In this document: one piece after another, positions 60,320 to 64,000 of the stretch
Position numbering within the stretch: the stretch's first letter is position 1
Layout of the letters: each line of letters opens with the position of its first letter
Source: Eledone cirrhosa
Taxonomy: Eukaryota
DNA: 64,000 nt
Direction of reading: 5' to 3'
Assembly (NCBI GenBank): GCA_964016885.1
Contig: OZ024741.1
Span: 314,278,001 to 314,342,000, forward strand
Notes under the pieces: model-generated
Database searches by the model: none
What the model saw: the letters and a program-made list of their open reading frames with translations, nothing else
Told to the model about the DNA's origin: nothing
Translations under genes and position numbers: made by a program

Positions 60320-60930
60320 ATATAGTTATACTTGGGGAGGGTCATATTGTTGTAATAATATTGCCAAAAATAATAACAGAAAACGCTCACTGTTTGGTTG
60401 GTTTTTGCTTCTGTATCTTTTACATCTCCACAGTTAATTCATTCGGTCCTTACTGTTTACTATAGACTGACCAACGGTCAAAAATACAAATATAATATAG
60501 ATATAAACACATATATATAGTCTAACAAAGTTCTTTCGTTGCACATCTGCAACATTATCAGTGGTACTACGCCATTTTTATTTTATCTGCTTATATTTTT
60601 ATTTATTTTATGTCTTTTTCTCTGAGCATGCGTTTGCGTGTGTGTATAAGTGTTTGGTGTGTGTTCGCGTTTGGGTGACTGTGTTTTTGGTTATTATATT
60701 CTATATTAGTTTACTAGTGTGTGTTTATACTTGTTTGTTGCTATTGTGCCTGCGTATCTATTTATTTATTTATATATATTTCTCTTAGGTCAGTATTGTT
60801 TGTTTGGGTGTTGTTGTTATTATATTCATTTTTTTTCTGTTTAGCTTTGGCCTTCTAAGCTCTATTTCACTTGCTCTCTGATTTGCCTATCTGCTGGGTC
60901 ATTTCTATCTTTAGACATTATTTTAATTTC
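60320..60930 (-). repeat. Inverted copy of the Penelope 3' end (pseudo-LTR), partner of ~62163-62799
   Basis: tatagttatacttggggagggtcatattgttgtaataatattg pairs with caatattattacaacaatatgaccctccccaagtataactata. gcctatctgctgggtcatttcta pairs with tagaaatgacccagcagatagg. Confidence 0.92.
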
Positions 60931-62310
60931 AAAAACAATGATCAGGTGAGAAAAATGGTCGCGCATGGAATAGGGGGTAGTATTAAAACTACCCTAAAGG
61001 GCCACATTCAAATTCAACGAAAAGATCTACACCCAAAATGAGGGAGCAGCCATTGGTGTCAGCATAACTGGTGACGTTGCCAAACCTTTTATGGCATGGT
61101 GGGAAAGGAGATGCAAACATCTCCTTGATGAGAGCTCCATAGACCTCATCATGAACACCCGTTACGTAGACGATATTAATATAGTAATAAGGACACCCCC
61201 ACAAGAGAGTACTAACAAATATGCTTTAGAATGTAGCACAATGGAAAGCATCAAGCAGATAGCTAACTCTATACACCAGAGTATAACTGTAACTATCGAC
61301 TACTCTTCCAAACACACTAACAATAGTCTACCTGTATTAGACACGGAACTCTGGATTAACACTATAGACGAGAGAGCCCAAATTCTCCACTCACACTATG
61401 CTAAACCCATGGCCTCCAAATACCTGATACTCAAAAACTCAGCAATGTCCAGTACTGCTAAGTATAATATTCTGGTCGCAGACTTGGTACGAGTGATGAA
61501 GAACGTGTCCCGAATGTGCGACCCAGCAGAAATGGATAGACACATCCAACACTTCATCAACCGCATGCAGTTCTCTGGCTACAACCAAAGAGACAGAATC
61601 AAAGTATACAAAGCGCCACGGATAAGTATAAGACCCTCATATAACTGGACATGAAAGGAATTTGCACATTATACAGAAGAAAATCATGGAATAGTTAGAT
61701 AAGACTAAACATAAGATAGGGATAGCCACCTCATGGTACGACAACCAGAGATAGCAGAGTGTCATGTATGTGGACCCTACTCCTGGAGGGAAATTAGCTA
61801 ACCAGTGTCGAAAGGCCCTAAAAAAGACCGAATTACAGATTAAAGTGGTAGAAAAGCCAGGAACTACCATAAAATCCCTGATCAGCAAAACATAACCCTT
61901 TTTAGAAAACCCACTGTACTAATAGGAAACGGGTTATATGTAAAGTAAACCACCAGATAAACTGTAAAACTAGAAACGTAATCTATACCATAAGATGTAC
62001 AGAGGGTACTTGAAGAAACATGACAACAACATACATAGGCGAGACAGATCGTAGCATAGCAGAAAGGATAGACCAACACTGGGGTAAGTAAAAGGATGAA
62101 AAAACGGTTCAGTACTATACGAACACGCCAGACAACAACATAACCGTAACATAGACAACATAGAAATTAAGATAATATCTAAGCATAGAAATGACCCAGC
62201 AGATAGGTAAATCAGAGAGGCAAGCGAAATAGAGCTAGAAGGCCAAAACTAAACAGAAAAATGAATGGAATAAGAAGAACACCCAAACAAACAACACTGA
62301 CTTAAGAGAA
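60931..62310 (+). pseudogene. Penelope-like RT and GIY-YIG endonuclease, decayed
   Basis: FKFNEKIYTQNEGAAIGVSITGDVANLFM, RYVDDI (YVDD at 61163-61174), LPVLD, HYAKPMAS, a Cys-rich linker (C..C..NCKTRNVIY.I.C), YIGETDRSIAERIDQH (from 62032), LYEHARQQH, and REA.EI...LNRK. Confidence 0.88.
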
Positions 62311-62550
62311 ATATAAATAAATAAATAAATAAATATATACACAAGCACAATAACAATAAACATGTATAAACACAATAGTAAACTAAGAATACAATAACCG
62401 AAAGACGATCACCCAAACGCGAACACACACTAAACACTATACATACACCCAAACGCATACACAAAGAAGAAGACAAAAATAAATAAATAAATAAATAAAC
62501 AAATAAATAAAAATGGCGTAGATATACAATACAACAGGAGGAACATAATA

Positions 62551-62596
62551 GTACAACTGATGATGTTGCAGATGTGCAACGAAAGAATTTTGTTAG
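62551..62596 (+). ncRNA. Hammerhead-ribozyme-like core in the Penelope pLTR (mutated mirror copy at 60534-60561, minus strand)
   Basis: CTGATGA (62557-62563), T, stem GTTGCA-gatg-TGCAAC, then GAAA (62581-62584). Stems I and III are weak. Confidence 0.6.
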
Positions 62597-62790
62597 ACTA
62601 TATATATGTGTTTACATCTATATTATATCTGTATTTTTTACCGTTGGTCAGTCAATGGTAAATAATGAGGACCGAATGAATTAACTGTAGGAGATATAAA
62701 AGATACATAAGCGAAAACCTATCAAACAGTGAGCGTGTACTGTTATTATTTCTGACAATATTATTACAACAATATGACCCTCCCCAAGTA

Positions 62791-62795
<5 letters not shown>

Positions 62796-62883
<88 letters not shown>

Positions 62884-62893
62884 AGAGAGAGAG
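62796..62893. repeat. (TA)n followed by (GA)n microsatellite
   Basis: Directly visible. Confidence 0.97.
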
Positions 62894-63162
62894 AATAGAA
62901 TGAAACGAAATTTCATTTCTGACTCTTAGTACGGCACTTACTTAAATGTAAGTATGTATGTATACGTACATACATATATGTATACAGACGTACAGTAGTA
63001 TATATATATATACATACATGCACACATATATATATGCACGTATCGGTTTACCGAACATTTATTATAATTCTCGGTTTGTTTGTTTGTAAACAAACAAACA
63101 GCCCTAATTACGCTGTACAGTGAGGCAACCACGTCACCTTTTTGTTCAACAATGACACAGAA

Positions 63163-63205
63163 ACAATGTACTAGTTTCAAGCTTATTAGCTTTCGTCAGC
63201 ATCGT
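63163..63205 (-). ncRNA. Minimal type I hammerhead ribozyme, unit 1
   Basis: Minus strand: ACGAUG-CUGACGA-AAGCU aaua AGCUU-GAAA-CUAG-UA^CAUUGU. Complete catalytic core, 5-bp stem II, 6-bp stem I (one G.U), palindromic stem III ACUAGU and a GUA cleavage triplet. Confidence 0.9.
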
Positions 63206-63606
63206 ATACATTCCTGCCAGATGGTTGAACGTCTGAAAGTATATACATTCCTAATGTATATTAACGGCTGAGCAGCCTAAATTGCATATCGAATGAGTTC
63301 AGTCGGCCGGGCACACCGAAAACTATAAATGGAATAGAATGAAACGAAATTTCATTTCTCACTCTTAGGTCGGCATTTACTTAAATGTAAGTATGTATGT
63401 ATACGTACATACATATATGTATACAGACGTACAGTAGTATGTATATATATATACATACATGCACACATATAGATATGCACGTATCGGTTTAACGAACACT
63501 TATTATAATGCTCGGTTTGTTCGTTTGTAAACAAACAAAGAGCCCGAATTACGCCGTACAGTGTTTAGGCAACCACGTAACCTTTTTGTTTAACACTGAC
63601 ACAGGA

Positions 63607-63649
63607 ACGATGTACTAGTTTCAAGCTTATTAACTATCGTCAGCATCGT
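63607..63649 (-). ncRNA. Minimal type I hammerhead ribozyme, unit 2
   Basis: Minus strand: ACGAUG-CUGACGA-UAGUU aaua AGCUU-GAAA-CUAG-UA^CAUCGU. Perfect 6-bp stem I; stem II has one mismatch and one wobble. Confidence 0.85.
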
Positions 63650-64000
63650 ATACCTTCCTGTCAGATGGTTGAACGCCTGAAAGTATATACTTTCCTCATG
63701 CATATTAACGGCTGAGCACCCTAATTTGCATATCCAGTGAGTTCAGACGGCCGAGCACACCGAAAACGATAAATGGAATATAATGAAACGAAATTTCATT
63801 TCTCACTCTTAGTACGGCACTTACTTAAATGTAAGTATGTATGTATACGTAAATACATATATGTATACAGACGTACAGTAGTATGCATATATATATACAT
63901 ACATGCACACATATATATATGTACGCATCGGTTTACCGAACATTTATTATAATACTCGGTTTGTTTCTTTGTAAACAAACAAACAGCCCGAATTACGCCG

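Larger units (their letters stand above)
60320..62799 (+). mobile_element. Penelope-like retroelement (C-terminal GIY-YIG type), 5'-truncated, with an inverted pseudo-LTR
   Basis: RT and GIY-YIG remnants at 60931-~62310. 60320-60930 is the reverse complement of ~62163-62799. A hammerhead-like core lies in the 3' repeat. The element ends at a (TA)n run. Confidence 0.88.
62893..64000 (-). repeat. Tandem array of ~440-bp units (starts at 62893, 63332, 63776) carrying hammerhead ribozymes; runs off the right edge
   Basis: gaata(g/t)aatgaaacgaaatttcatttct recurs at offsets 439 and 444. ORFs 62938, 63352 and 63796 give homologous translations. Confidence 0.93.

Noticed and set aside
62938-63978. 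Three homologous 60-80 aa minus-strand ORFs in the 440-bp units
   Set aside because: They are dominated by translated (TA/CA/TG) low-complexity sequence (Y/I/M/C/H), have inconsistent starts and show no recognisable domain.

Overview
Eukaryotic, repeat-saturated DNA with no intact host gene. The tRNA-derived SINEs near 59 kb resemble, from recall, the abundant Octopus SINE families, so a cephalopod origin is likely but not proven. Positions 1 to ~52.5 kb are a degenerate, strand-asymmetric G/T-rich satellite (monomer ~19-22 bp, core GGGGATCCGTTTTTTATTT) with local higher-order duplications. It is interrupted by two copies of one solo LTR (8774-9230 with a 4-bp GAGG TSD, and 26615-~27031) and by a 5'-truncated RTE LINE (38445-41282, minus strand, 12-bp TSD). 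The hundreds of F/G/L-rich ORFs in the satellite are compositional artefacts. The last 11.5 kb hold microsatellites, a decayed Tx1/L1-type LINE sitting in (TATC)n with consensus splice sites around its ORF1/ORF2 junction, three SINE copies and a Penelope-like element with an inverted pseudo-LTR. At the right edge is a ~440-bp tandem array in which both complete units carry a minimal type I hammerhead ribozyme on the minus strand. This candidate retrozyme or circRNA-producing satellite is the most interesting signal in the window. All calls were made by eye, without alignment or database searches.
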